In this document: piece by piece, positions 1 to 13,437 of the stretch
Position numbering within the stretch: position 1 is the stretch's first letter
Layout: every line of letters starts with the position of its first letter
Assembly: GCA_964016885.1 (NCBI GenBank)
Contig: OZ024742.1
Span: 363,382,001 to 363,446,000 of the forward strand
DNA: 64,000 nt
Direction of reading: 5' to 3'
Source: Eledone cirrhosa
Lineage: Eukaryota
The notes under the pieces: generated by a model
Told to the model about the DNA's origin: nothing
The model's input: the letters and a program-made list of their open reading frames with translations, nothing else
Database searches by the model: none
Program-made: the position numbers and the translations under genes

Positions 1-117
1 TTGCTTAAACTTTAATCTGTTATTTTAATAAATATTTGCTCTACGGTTCTTATATATTTGATATATATTTTCCTTATCGAGCCCTCTTTGGATTTTAGTC
101 TTCAATTTTATTATTAT

Positions 118-121
<4 letters not shown>
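1..121 (+). repeat. Terminal fragment of a dispersed short element ending in (TA)n (Penelope pLTR-like); other copies at 18434-18472, 47725-47880, 55528-55680
   Basis: Near-identical sequence (ctctttggattttagtcttcaa...ttattattattac then (TA)n) is found four times in both orientations. Confidence 0.7.
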
Positions 122-182
<61 letters not shown>

Positions 183-1049
183 GATATACATACATTCGTA
201 CACATACACACTCATGCGTTCACACATATATTTATATATACGTATATACGTAATGAGTTGGCCAGTTTCCCAACGCTGCTGGTGAAAGTTACTTCACTTA
301 ATGAAGCAAATGTTGATGCCTGAAGCAACACTTAACAACCAGAAGCATCATCTCACAAACTTTAGATGACTAGATTTCCTAGTTTAGCATTAATATTAAG
401 ATTTAGCAATAAGGCAGGCAATATTCCCCCGCCCACACTACATCGATATATCGAGAAATATAAATACTTAATGTAGGAATAGCTTCAGATTAGTAAACGA
501 GAGATGGTAGCATGCAAAGCCTGCGATCCATGCTCGATTACCCGTTAAAGCATTCCGTTCGTTATTAAATCATTGTTAATGATATAAGTACTATATTCTC
601 GATTTCAAACTCGTTAAAACTTCACGATATTTCCGTTTAAAATCTTTATGGATTAATAATACACAGACACAGCATTAAGAGTAAAGAACTTAGCTAAGTA
701 GTTAGGATGTTAAGCTTACCATTGTTAGGCCGTGAAATCGATTTCCGACGGTATTTCTTGAACAAAATATTTTATTTCACGTTTCTCAAGTCAAAATTGC
801 TAGCAAATTGGTTTTTACCTTCAAACTCAAATGATCAGCCTTGTTAAAACTTATATCACATTGAATCTTCACATTGTCTCTCACTGAGAATTACGTTACG
901 TGTACACGTGTCTGTGGAAAGCTCAGCCATTTCTACGTTGATTACAGGAGGAGGCTGTACCATTAAACCAATATACTGACATACTCGACGTAGTAACCGG
1001 CTTAAGTCCTACTGGCACATGTTATGTTTGTATACACATCTATAAATTT

Positions 1050-1220
1050 CGTCAAACCGGAGGTTTCCAATTGCTAATACTATCTATCGCAAATCCAGGT
1101 AGAAGGAGCAACGTGAAATAAAGTGTCTTGCTCAAGGACATAACGCATCACCCAGTCCAGGAATCGAACTTATAAGCCCACGATTGCGAATCTAATTCTC
1201 TAACCACTTAGCCACGCCTT
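1050..1220 (-). mobile_element. tRNA-derived SINE (family A)
   Basis: Reverse complement matches 22219-22430: A box, B box GTTCGATTCC, then ttatgtccttgagcaagacactttatttcacgttgctcc. Confidence 0.8.
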
Positions 1221-1596
1221 CCCCAACATATATATACTAATCACATACACGCACACAAATTCACACACACACATATATATAAACTCCTCTAAATTTATGT
1301 CTGTATGTAAACAGTGTGACAAGACTTCCCCGCCAAACCAATAGAATCCAAACTACAGAAACGTTTGCCACACAATATTGAGTTTTTGTCCAAACGCTGC
1401 TTCCAAGTAAGACAAACACCTACATTCGATATCTAAACAGTTGAGAATTACTATCGATTTATTCGAGAAGAGAGCTACAATCATTTGTATTTTATAAGGA
1501 TAGGAATCCACGACTAATGCGGTAATAAATATCTCTTCTCTGTTGGCATTAAAGTACTTTATCACTCTCTTTCCTCTTTCATTTCCATACTCTGAA

Positions 1597-1702
<106 letters not shown>

Positions 1703-1845
1703 ACACACCCATGCTCTCAATCATTCATACTATATCGATTTTGCTTATCTTTACTTGTTTTATGTCTCTATTTGTATTTCTCATTCACAAATTTACTGGT
1801 TGTACACAGCGTCATTTTTTAACTGTTATTATTACAATTTTACTG

Positions 1846-1931
<86 letters not shown>

Positions 1932-2100
1932 AAGGTAATGTCACACAGATGTACGGTCAGAATAGAGAGCGTGTATCCTATATATAGAAGGCCAAGCGAT
2001 GTCTTTGATTATTTGCTTTTCAGTATGAGAACTTGAATGGAAAAGGAGTGACTGTAATAGAGAACAAAAGGTAGAGGAGGCAAAGAGATACAATGCGGAC

Positions 2101-2826
2101 ATAACCTACCTAACTATCTACCTTTCTACATTTCTACTTACCTACCTACCTATCTAACTATCTGCCTACCCACCTACCTACCTATCTCCATACCTAGCTC
2201 CCTACCTATATACCTACCTACCTACCTATCTAACTATCTGCCTGCCTACCCACCTACCTACCTATCTCCATACCTAGCTCCCTACCTATATACTTACCTA
2301 CCTACCTATCTAACTATCTGCCTGCCTACCCACCTACCTACCTATCTCCATACCTAGCTCCCTACCTATATACTTACCTACCTACCTATCTAACTATCTG
2401 CCTGCCTACCCACCTACATACCTATCTCCATACCTAGCTCCCTACCTATATACTTACCTACCTACCTATCTAACTATCTGCCTGCCTACCCACCTACCTA
2501 CCTATCTCCATACCTAGCTCCCTACCTATATACTTATCTACCTACCTATCTAACTATCTGCCTGCCTACCCACCTACCTACCTATCTCCATACCTAGCTC
2601 CCTACCTATATACTTATCTACCTACCTGCCTGCCTACCTACCTATCTACCTACCTACCTACCTATCTAATTACCTACTCATCTACCTATCTATCTACATA
2701 TCTATCTACCTGCCTACTTACCTACCCACCTACCTACCTATATCCCTACCTCCCTACCTACCTATCTCCCTACCTACCTACTTATCTACCTACCTGCCTG
2801 CCTACCTACTTATATACATACCTACC
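2101..2826. repeat. (CCTA/CTAT)n compound microsatellite with an internal 60-bp higher-order repeat (~2222-2620)
   Basis: Consecutive 60-nt lines 2281-2580 are nearly identical. Confidence 0.9.
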
Positions 2827-2827
2827 A

Positions 2828-4565
2828 CTCGGAGCAGTTCCATATCACGCGATCCATCCGACAGGGATGCCCTCTCTCCTCCCTTCTGTACGTACTGACT
2901 CTCGAGGCGCTACTGCGGAAGTTGGAGCTATTGCAGAGCATCCCTTTGGAACCGGAACTTCGAAAAGCGGCATCGGCCTACGCCGACGACGTGACAGTAA
3001 TGGTGTCGAGCACCTCTCAAATGGGGGAGATCGGCACCTTACTGGAGGAATACGAAAGGTTCACAGGAGCGAAGCTGAACCGGGACAAATCCGTCGGTTT
3101 GCAACTCGGAACGCGGAGAGGCAAACCGATGCCTTCCGATGAAGACGTCGGACGCTGGACGGAAGGACCGGTAAAGCCGCTCGGGGTCTAGTTTGGTCCT
3201 GACCTGCAGGTGGAGAAGAACTGGAACGAGGTGACGGCCAAGGTGTTTGCGCTCACACAGAAATGGGCCGAGTGCAAACTATCCTTGAAAGGTCGAGCGG
3301 AGGTGGCGAACACCTTTATAGCATCCTTCATCTACTACTGCTTGACCATTGTGCCGTGTCCAGCCAAAACGCTCACCAAACTGGAGCGCGCGCTCTTCCA
3401 ATTCCTTTGGAAGAAACGGGCTCCTTTGGTGAGAAGATCCATCTGCTGCCAACACCCTTCAAACGTAGGTATGGGGATGTCGTGGCTGGTGATGCGCAAA
3501 CACGCTCAGGCTGCGGCACCTCCACGTATTCCTCACCAGACAACCGGTGTGGGCCCCGTTCTTAAGGCGAGCCTTCCCACGACTCGTCTCGCTGACCTAA
3601 TTGCAGACCTGGGTCAAGCAAAGACTGAGGAAAATGGGCGACGGGCATATCGAATGTGCTAAGGCGCTCACAGTCCTCTGGCAAACGGACTCGGCGATAA
3701 GTGGAGACTCCACTTCGACATTCTATAGAGGGTTGGTCCGCAGCAAGTGCGACGACACGCTCGGAGAAACTCTAGGCGTAGAGGAGGACGAACTGGCCAG
3801 TCTGTTCTGTAGGACCTTCCGCCCGGCACCAATGGACAACTTCCAAAAGTCCCTGGCCTGGCAGTGCTACCGAGGAGCTCTAGCAGTTCGAGACAAGCTC
3901 TACAGACACGGGCGCCCGGGTAGGGACCCTTCGAAAAAGATCTGTCCGAGATGCGTGCGCGACGAGGAAACCGTCGCACACGCATTTGTACACTGCGCGA
4001 GCGTTACCGAACTGTGGGGCTATGTAGAACGATTATTGTTGCGGGTGGGACCAATCCAGTTGACCACCGAGTCCATTGTCATGATCAAACCGCCACCCTC
4101 CTTCAAAAACGAGAGAGAGGCGTTTTTTCTATGTGTTATGGCTATGGTGAAAGAGGTTATATGGTGGACGAGGTTAAATGGGCTGAGGTCAGACATCTTT
4201 CTCTCCGGCGAGCAACTGATTCGTTTTTTCAAATATCATTTTGGAAGAAGAATCAGGATGGAGAGAGAGGTGCTGTACCCCAGCAAATTTTATAAAAGGT
4301 GGGTGAATGTGGCAAGAATGGCCCGAGTGGTTGGGCCTTCTCTCTATATAAGCCTGTAGGTTGAGGAAAAAGAGGAAGAGAGGAAGGGAGTACTCACTCT
4401 TGGTGCTCCTGGAGATGAGGGTTGTACATTTTTGGGGGGTGTGTATTGGGGATTTCAAATGTTATTTGTTGTTTTATTAATAGTTTTATTTTCATATACT
4501 TGTATGTAAACTCCCCATTTGTATTTGTCCCCTTCTTTTGTGCCCTTGTGGCTAATAAAGAAATT
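2828..4565 (+). mobile_element. L1/Tx1-group non-LTR retrotransposon copy 1, 5'-truncated and defective
   Basis: RT motifs IRQGCPLS and AYADD, LSLKGRAEV, C-terminal CPRC..ETVAHAFVHC; stop at 3189 and a frameshift near 3505; 3' UTR ends AATAAAGAAA; (TACC)n on both sides. Confidence 0.95.
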
Positions 4566-4785
4566 TATCTACCTACCTACCTGCCTACCTACCTACCTCC
4601 CTACCTACCTACATACCCACCTACCTACCTACCCACCTACCTACCTACCTGCCTCCCTACCTCCCTACCTCCCTACCTACCCACCTTCCTACCGGCCTAC
4701 CTACATCCTACCTACCTACCCACCTACCTACCCACCTACCTACCTACCTACCTACCTACCTACCTACCTACCTACCTACCTACCA
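4566..4785. repeat. (TACC)n microsatellite, 3' flank of retrotransposon copy 1
   Basis: Direct reading. Confidence 0.95.
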
Positions 4786-4949
4786 ATGCTTTAGGCTAAT
4801 TAATCCAACTGAAAACGTTAACAATTCACATCTTCATCAGATATTTAAGATTTTCCAAGGTTTACGGCTCATGAAAGGGATATTAGGTGTCCCATTGATA
4901 AGGGCACCTGACGTATCTTGTAATACAATGTGAAAGGTAGCGTCTTAAT

Positions 4950-5050
4950 AATTGTTTCTACTTTTGGCACAAGGCCAGCAATCATCCCAGTGCATTACTG
5001 GTACTTTATTTTATCGACCCCGTAAGGATGAAAGGCAAAGTTAACCTCAA
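4950..5050 (-). mobile_element. SINE family B fragment (other copies 5540-5735 -, 21190-21378 -, 39690-39890 +, 40160-40345 +)
   Basis: Shared core tactggtactttattttatcgaccccgtaaggatgaaaggcaaagttaacctc. Confidence 0.75.
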
Positions 5051-5055
5051 TAATG

Positions 5056-5345
5056 ATAGGGTTCTTTGTTTGCCAGAATGGCGCATAAGGAAAGGGACAT
5101 TACAAGACATGTTACGGCGGAGGTTTTACATGGAAGCGTGTAAATAAATTTCAGAAGCGGTGAACCTAACTGCGGGGTTGTTTTACATCCGGTAGATAGA
5201 ACAACCCTCAACCCCAAGAGCATGTCTTGTAAGTGCTCTCGTCTTCTATCTTTTCTTCGGCCTACATGTTTATATAGAGAGTAGGCCCATTCCCTCGGGC
5301 TATTTCACCCACTTTTCAGCGAATTTACTGGGATGCAACATCTAT
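5056..5345 (-). mobile_element. Short, older 3' fragment of the same L1/Tx1 family (copy 6), antisense
   Basis: Reverse complement encodes LHPSKFAEKWVK..ARGNGPTLYINM* (the ORF2 end) and a 3' UTR like copy 3 (gttgagggttgttctatc...aaacaaccc...ggcaaacaaagaa). Confidence 0.8.
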
Positions 5346-7402
5346 CCCTCCACCACCACCACCTTCCTTTTAAAATGGTAGTTGAAGAAAGGGAGGAGTT
5401 GTTGTCCGGAGATGATAATGAGCCAACAGATAAACACTAGCCCATAGTATTTGTCAGTGAATATAAAGTAAAGAGAAAACTCTTCTAATTTCAACAATAA
5501 TATAATTTCATTGTATAACTGATGCAAGTGTATTAATGTTTTTTTTTATTTAGTCATAAGGCCATCAATTTTGTGGAGGGTAAAGTCGATTAAATAGACC
5601 TCACTGCATGACTGGTACTTTATTTCATCGGCCCTGTAAGGACGAAAGGCAAAACTAACTTCGGTGGGATTTTAAATCAGAACGTAAATGGCTGTAGCTC
5701 TATGTCGCGAAGCCTCGTGTCTGACGCTCTGCCGCTATTAATATTAGTTAATATTGAATTGTATTCTTAATTATTAAAACCTATGCCCCTCCCCAGAAGT
5801 GTATTTCAGTACTAAACTATTAGAACTATATTTCGGTGTAGCTAATGGTAGATTCTGGTGTATAAACACTGTTCGTTATATTTCACATTTATTAGGTGCG
5901 TTTAAAATTTACAGTGAGGTGATTAGAGAATTGACGAGTCTATTATGACACGTAATATAAATGTCAGACTATTAGTTTGAGTAAGACAATCACCTTGAAA
6001 TAGTTAAACTATTATACCTACAGCCTAACTCTTAATACACATATATTTTCTTACATATCTTATTAGATTCAGAACACAATAGATACCACCTCTAAAGCAG
6101 AAAAGGTTACAATTCTCTTAAAATCGCTTCACACTGTATATACCATTTAGTAAATAATTTAATAAAATACACTAGTATAGGTTAAACAAGTATTATTTCC
6201 GAGTATATCGTCTTCAAACACAGCGGCACATTATTGTAATAACGAGTCGAAAAGCAGTGGCTCTCGGGATAAGATTGATTACATGAATATTAATTTAAAT
6301 ATATGGAAAAATAGAGAAAATATAATCTCGTTTCTTTCAAGTTACATTGAGGCCTAATGATAGTACAACTATTTGTAAATATAGAAAACATACATTTAAG
6401 ATTTTTAATAAAAACTACGTTAAATTAAGTATCCGGAGTATACATAATTTTTCTACGAAAAATAGCAAATATTATTAACAAAATTTTTAAACGGCTATCG
6501 ACGAGCAATTTAGATATTTTGTAAGAATAATACTTAGTAACTGTAGTACACGTAGCTTTGCTATAAAAATATCAAACGTTAATATAAAAAAATATTAAAA
6601 AGCTAGCATCTATTAATTCTTCTCTTTTGTGCAACGATGTAAGCTCTTAAATTATGTTATATGTCAAAGTACATACAGCTAATAATACATATTTGAAACA
6701 CATCTGGTGCTGAAGTTATAAATATATCAGAAACTATAATATATTTTAGAAGATATTACAACATGTTTGATTTTAAAAGCAGGTTAGCAATGGTTGTAAT
6801 ATTCATGAACAATGAACATATTTTTCCATTAAAAAATCACTCATTCAATGTGAACATACATTTCTAACGCCATAAATGTTGAAGTATTTCAAACAACATA
6901 GTGTCTCACGCCATAATGGTAAACACTGTGAACAAAGAAAAAGTATTGATTATGTTAACACGTATTTCATATTGTCCGATATTGTAGTCAAATATGGGAA
7001 ATGTTGAAATATTTCAAACTACCTAACGGTTGAGCACAAATAATACACATAATTTTAGGATCATAGGATATTCGGATCATAAGATCCGAATAAAGAATAT
7101 CGAAAATAAATCAGAAAAGTTACTATTGTTTATGTGCATCTCATATATCACAGATTGACATTTTCTCCATAAAATCTACGGCAAAATATGAAAACTAGGG
7201 TCGTAATATTCCTTGAACTATTTATTATATTATCCTGAATCCTTGAATTAAGTTTATTTTTTCTAAATTCTTTACAGAGTTGCATACAAATTTCTAAATA
7301 CAGCGATGAAACTAACTCAACTTGTCTTTTCAGTATATATATATATTTGTCTCTCTTTCTCTCTCCTTTTCCTCCTGGCCTTTTTATTAATAAAAGGCCT
7401 CA

Positions 7403-7477
7403 GGCGCACCCGACCTCCACCGATGTCCTGTATTTCAGCGCCGAAACATCGGATCGGGAAACATTTTCAGCTGACGA
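7403..7477 (+). ncRNA. Candidate non-circularly permuted hammerhead ribozyme (family 3)
   Basis: GGCGC a CCCGA cctcca CCGATG-TC-CTG tatttca GCGCC GAAA CATCGG a TCGGG ... CAG CTGACGA: four Watson-Crick helices and a complete core in reversed strand order. Confidence 0.7.
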
Positions 7478-7609
7478 TGGAAACTCCTTTCTTCCTTCCT
7501 CCTCTTGTTCCGTCCTAACCACCATCCTAAAACTTGATTTTAGTAACCACACAGCTCCTTTCGTTTTATATCATTTTAAATATATATACTTACGTATTTA
7601 TATCATATA

Positions 7610-7900
7610 TTCATTGTTATACTTTGGGAGGGTCATGTTGCCAATACAAACACACGCACCCGTGGGTTTCACTTCAATTTATTAAAAAGGTTTCCGGTGT
7701 TGGTTGATTGATTCGATAACCGGAAGGTTGTTTATATATTGTCAAAGATCTTTCGTCACACATTCTGTGACCTCCTCAGTGACTAGGTTTTTATTTTGTG
7801 TGTCTCTCCTTTGTTCTGTCTTACACCATCTTGTTTTTGTGTGTTGTGTGTCACAACATCAAGTAACCGCAATTTAATAACTTAAATAACACAAATACAC
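7610..7900 (-). mobile_element. Penelope-like element 3' terminal (pLTR) fragment
   Basis: Homologous to 14400-14722 and 56830-57103 (atgaccctcccaaagtataacaa terminus); contains a hammerhead. Confidence 0.75.
7741..7783 (-). ncRNA. Minimal type I hammerhead ribozyme (PLE type)
   Basis: rc: GTCA CTGAGGA GGTCACA gaatg TGTGAC GAAA GATC TT TGAC; palindromic stem III AGATCT. Confidence 0.8.
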
Positions 7901-8066
7901 ACAGAGGCACACATGCAGGGGCACACACAGAGGCACAAACACAAAGGCACACACGCAGAAGCACACACACAGAGGCACATACACACACATACACACAGAG
8001 GCACACACGCAGAGGCACACACGCATAGGCACACACAGAGACGCACACACACACACAGACACACAG

Positions 8067-8106
<40 letters not shown>

Positions 8107-8673
8107 TATATACAGTATATACAGTATATACAGTATATATATATATATATATCAGATAGAGTGTGATAAAAACTAGCTAGACCATAACCCATTTGAGTAC
8201 TCGATACTTGGGGTAGTAGAGTGTGTACTATGAAAAGATTCAGGACCCTGACTGCTGAGCTCCGGGCGTTTCGCGAGCTTGATCCGAACAGTTTCCACCC
8301 CGATCTACTTCCTCGTCTGTTTTTCCCCTTTCGCCTACCCCGATGCAGCCCTTCGGGCTTCTGTAGCCTCAGTACCCGCACCCCTGTAATTTTAAGATAG
8401 AATTGGCCGAATACGCTTTACTAACAATTTATAGCAGATGTGTTAGACCCCTGTAATTTTGTATCATTTTGTTACTACTCCAATTCTACAATTTCAAAAT
8501 TTCTTATTTAGTATTTTCTATTCTCAACTTATTAATCTGTAATTGTAAGATAGCATTCGCGGAATACGCTTTACTAACTATCTATAGCAGCTGTGTTAGA
8601 GCCCTGAAAAGTTTGCTTTATATTTTTTCACTACCCACTTCTACAATTTCTTACTTAGAATTTTCCATTCTCA

Positions 8674-11600
8674 ATCTGGGTCTCGCAACACAGATGGTAC
8701 ATTTGGACCCGGAGGGTCGACTAGTGGTTCTGGACCTTGGCAGTGGTAAAGGCGGAGCGTTTAGGTTGGTAGCCGCCTACGGCCCTTTCGGGTCAATGCG
8801 GCCGGACTTCTTCCATCGTCTGGAGACTTTTCTAGGGACGTCCCGCTCCTTGCTATTAGTGGGGGACTGGAATGGTATCCTAGATGCACGCTGGGACTAC
8901 GTAGGGGCCTGTCCCGATAGAGAGGGGTGTAATAGCCTCAAGGGTTAATCGGTCGATTTGACCTGGCCGATAGATATCGACTAGATTTTCCGACTGCGCC
9001 AACCTGGACTTGGGCAAATCGTAGCGGATCATCTAGGTCGTACCTAGATAGGTTCTTAGTTAGAATTAAGGATAAGGACTGTTTAAGTTGTCCAAAAATG
9101 CGCATGGTTGGCTATTCAGACCACAAATTAGTGACCTGCATGGTCAACCTTGACAGAACTCATAGACAGGGACCCGGTTACTGGAAGCTCAACTTGTCCT
9201 TACCGGCAAGTAAGGCTTACAGGGACCGGATTAGCACTTTAGTTAAGGAGCGGTTGACGGGCGCCATCGTCAACAGCAGGTGGTGGGGATCTCTCAAAAG
9301 AGAGATTAGAGTAGTCTCTATAGAATTTAGTAAGGAGTTAGCCTCCAATAGAAATAGGAAGGAAAGGGAGTTGGTAGATAGTGTAGAAGAGGCAATTAGA
9401 AGCGGCTACGTGGCTAGAGTGCTAGCGTCGAGAACGGCCCTGGGCCAGTTCTTCGACGCGAAACACGAAGGCTGCATCGTCCGAAGCAAAATACGTGCTC
9501 TGGGAAACGAGGGGACCAAAGCTGTTAGCTGGGCCCGCGTGACAGAAGCCAAAAGAGGGAGCAGATCGACTATCCGGTCTTTGCGAGACCAGGATGGACA
9601 GGTGATCCTTGAACCTAAGCAGATGTGCGAGGCTTTTCAAAAGCACTTTGCCGAATTGTTCGGAAGGGGCGGGGAGCCGGTTGGGGACGTGGACTTCGGT
9701 CCATACCACGACGGCCTGCCGCGTCTCTCGGACAGGGAGGCAAAGTCCTGCGAGGAGCCGATTTCAGCTGCTGAGATAGAGGACGTGCTGAGCCAATGCG
9801 GCAAACGCAAATCCCCGGGTCTCGATGGTCTTCCATGCGAACTATATCTAGCTATGCCGGACTTGTTCCCCTATCTCCTCGAGGCGGTCTACTGCAACTG
9901 GCAACAGAACGGGAGAATTCCCTGTGCTGTGACCAAGGGCGTAGTCACGCTAGTGAGGAAGGACGAGAACAAGGGGGACGATATAAATAATTTCAGGCCC
10001 ATAACTCTGCTAAATACAGAGTTACAGATTTTGGCCAAGGTGCTAGCAAAGAGGTTGGCGCTTGTCGTGGGCAACCTGGTGGGAGATGCGCAGACATGTG
10101 CTATCCCGTCCAGGTCCATCCACGATAACCTCCACCTCATGCGATACATCATAGAGAGGGTTGGAAACGAACCCGGCTTTGGTGGGGCCCTGATCAACTT
10201 GGATCAATCTAAGGCATTCGATAGGGTCGACCATGGTTACCTGGATGCGGTGCTAGCGGCGGCAGGCTTCGGACCCGTTTTCAGGGGCTGGATCAATGCC
10301 ATGCACAGCAGCCGCATCTGCTCTAGGGTCAAGGTGAACGGCTACCTTTCGGAGCCGTTCGAAATCGCGCGGTCCATCCGACAGGGGTGCCCTCTCACCT
10401 CCCTTCTATATGTAGTGACTCTAGAGCCACTGCTGCGGAAGTTGGAGTTGTTGCAGGGCATCCCGTTGGAACCGGGATTGCGGAAAGCGGTGTCAGCCTA
10501 CGCCGATGACGTAACAGTAATGGTGTCGACGGCCTCGGAAATCGGGGCGATCGGCACCTTACTGGAGGAGTACGAAGGGTTTACAGGGGCTAAGCTGAAC
10601 CGGGACAAGTCGATCGGTCTGCAACTCGGCACGTGGAGGGGCAGATCGATGCCCTCCGATGGCATCGTCGGGCGCTGGACGGAGGGCCCGGTGAAGTTGC
10701 TCGGGGTCTGGTTCGGACCAGACCTCCAGGTGGAGAGGAACTGGGGTGAGGTGACGAGCAGGGTGTTTGCACTGATCCAGAAGTGGGGAGAGTGCAAACT
10801 GTCCCTGAAAGGTCGGGCGGAGGTGGCGAACACTTATATAGCGTCCGTCATCTACTACCGCCTGACCGTGGTGCCTTGCCCAAGGGAAACGCTCGCCAAA
10901 ATGGAGCGCGCACTCTTCCAATTCCTTTGGAAGAAGCGGGCTCCTATGGTGAGGAGATCCAGCTGCTGTCAACACCCTTCGAAAGGAGGGCAGGGGATGC
11001 CGTGGCTGATGATACGTAAACACGCATTAAGGCTACGGCACCTTCAGGTATTCCTCTCCCGTAAACCGGTGTGGGCCCCGTTTGTGAGGCGAGCCTTTCC
11101 CAGACTCGTCTCACTCACCGAGCTGCAATCCTGGGTCAAGCAAAGACCGAGAAAACCGGGCGTCTGGCACACCGAGTGTGCCCAGGCGCTCACGGCTTTC
11201 TGGCAGGCGGACCCGGCTTTCAGTGGAGAATCCACCTTGTAATTCTATAGAGGGCTGGTGGTTAGCAGGTGCGACGACGCCCTCGGAGAAGCCCTAGGCA
11301 TGGAGGAAGACGAACTGGCCAACCTGTTCGATAGGACATTCAGCCCGGGACCCATGGATAACTTCCAGAGGTCCCTGGCCTGGCAATGCTACAGAAGGGC
11401 TCTGCCCGTTCGAGAAAGGCTCTACAGACACGGGCGCCCGGGTAGGGACCCATCGAAAAAGGTCTGTCCCAGATGCGTGTGTGACGAGGAAACCGTTGCA
11501 CACGCATTGGTACACTGCTCGGGCATTGCCGATCTGTGGGGCTATGTCGAACAACTGCTGTCAAGGGTGGGACCGATCCGGTTGACCACCGAGTCTATTG

Positions 11601-12145
11601 TAACGATCAAGCCGCCTCCCCTCTTCAAAAACGAAGGAGGGGCGGTGTTTCTGTGCGTAATAGCCATGGCGAAAGAGGTTGTATGGTGGACGCGTCTGAA
11701 AGGACTGAGGTCAGACACCTTTCTCTCTGGCCAACAATTGGTCCGTTTCTTCCGATATCATTTCGGAAGAAGGATCAGGATGGAGAGAGAGGTGCTGCAC
11801 CCCAGCCGTTTCTATGAAAGATGGGTGAAAGTGGCGAGAATGGCCCGTGTGAATGGGCCTTCACTCTACATCAGACTATAGGTGAGGAAGATGAAAGACC
11901 AAGGGAGCACCCCTTCTCTGTGCTCCTGAGGAGAAGGATTGCACACTTTTTTCGGGGGTGTGTGCGACCCCCCAAGGCGCCTCCTCTCTATTGAGGACTT
12001 TGTTATAAATTTTAATTTTTGTTATATTTTATTTTATTTTTATATTTTGTTATTGCCTCCTCCTTATTGAGGACGCCTTGTTTTGTAAACTCCCCCCATT
12101 GTACTTGTCCCACTTTTGATGCCCTGGTGGCAAATAAAAGAAACA
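8674..12145 (+). mobile_element. L1/Tx1-group retrotransposon copy 2, truncated within the APE domain
   Basis: APE motifs GDWN, YLDR, SDH; RT PGLDG, FRPITLLN, DQSKAFDRV, QGCPL, YADD; CCHC; frameshift ~8942, TAA at 11240; ends AATAAAAGAAACA then TATC repeats. Confidence 0.97.
9098..11242 (+). pseudogene. ORF2 segment (end of APE plus reverse transcriptase) of copy 2
   Basis: 714-aa open frame with all non-LTR RT motifs; the CCHC domain follows the stop in the same frame (11258-11881). Confidence 0.9.
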
Positions 12146-12165
12146 TATCTATCTATCTACCTCTC

Positions 12166-12206
<41 letters not shown>

Positions 12207-12215
12207 CATATGCGC

Positions 12216-12260
<45 letters not shown>

Positions 12261-13374
12261 GGTATGTGTGTGTGTGAATAAAATCCCTTGGCATATTGTT
12301 ATCTCGAATGTGTTTTGTGTGAATAATGTAGAGAGAGAAGATTTATCAACAACAAACCTGAGACAAACGTTTACCAGTTGAATTTTATATTCTTTTCCCA
12401 GAAAGCTGGGGAAATAGTTATATCGAACCGTCATGTACAAATATATATTTTCATATAATGTTTCTGGTAAAAAATACCACACTCAAACGAAATGTATATT
12501 TTTTCATAAGATTAAGAATACAATGTTTTTATGAACACATTTTTCATTTTAGTAAACATTTCTTTTGAAATACGCACCAAATATCCAAATATACCCAATA
12601 AATTTGCTTTCTGAAATTACGGAAAGGAATACGTTTCGTTTAGGCTGGAAAACTCCTGAAAATGTGCTTCAATTTAGGAGTATAAATATATGAAATAATA
12701 TTTCTAATTATAGATTCATGCTTAACTATTTTAGTGCTATGGATGTTGTATTACTGTGCGAAAACTGCTATAAGTTATTTATCAAATAGAAAATAAAAGG
12801 TTATGCAAATATTGGAGAAAAGTATCGATCTGTGATTTATAAATATAGTATTCATCCGTGCAAAATTAAAAAAAGCAACTTTATATAATGTTATATGTAA
12901 ATATGAAAATATTTTCATTGAAAAACAACATCAATATTTAGTCAACTTAGAAATATTTATTTAAAGACAAAACTTTATTAATGGAATAAAACATTGTCAA
13001 TTTCAGAAATATTTATCTCGAGTAGATAATATAATCATGGAAGAGGCAACATTTATTAATCTCCGGTATTTACATAACAGAATCAGAAAAAAATGCTTTC
13101 CTTAAAAAAAGATCGTGAAATAAAAAAACTAATGATAAAGGCGAATATATAAAGATGGGAATTGTAGCTACATTTATATTAAATGATATTGCAGACAGAC
13201 GCTTATATAATAAACTACTTAGGTTAGATATTTATGGAAGTATATTAATGTTTCAAACTACAACATTCTCGTTGAAATAAATGCCACATAGACATATTAC
13301 TGTTATATTATTGATTTATAATATAGACATACTTAGAAAGACACGCCTATGTATAAATATATATATATATATTC

Positions 13375-13427
<53 letters not shown>

Positions 13428-13437
13428 CCCAACAGAA

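Noticed and set aside
8469-8673. Hydrophobic N-terminal extension fused to the APE fragment
   Set aside because: Chance open frame through a flanking ~170-bp duplicated AT-rich sequence upstream of the truncation point
9098-11242. RT as a group II intron, retron or DGR enzyme
   Set aside because: APE domain upstream, CCHC downstream, 5' truncations and a 3' UTR with AATAAA identify an L1/Tx1-type LINE
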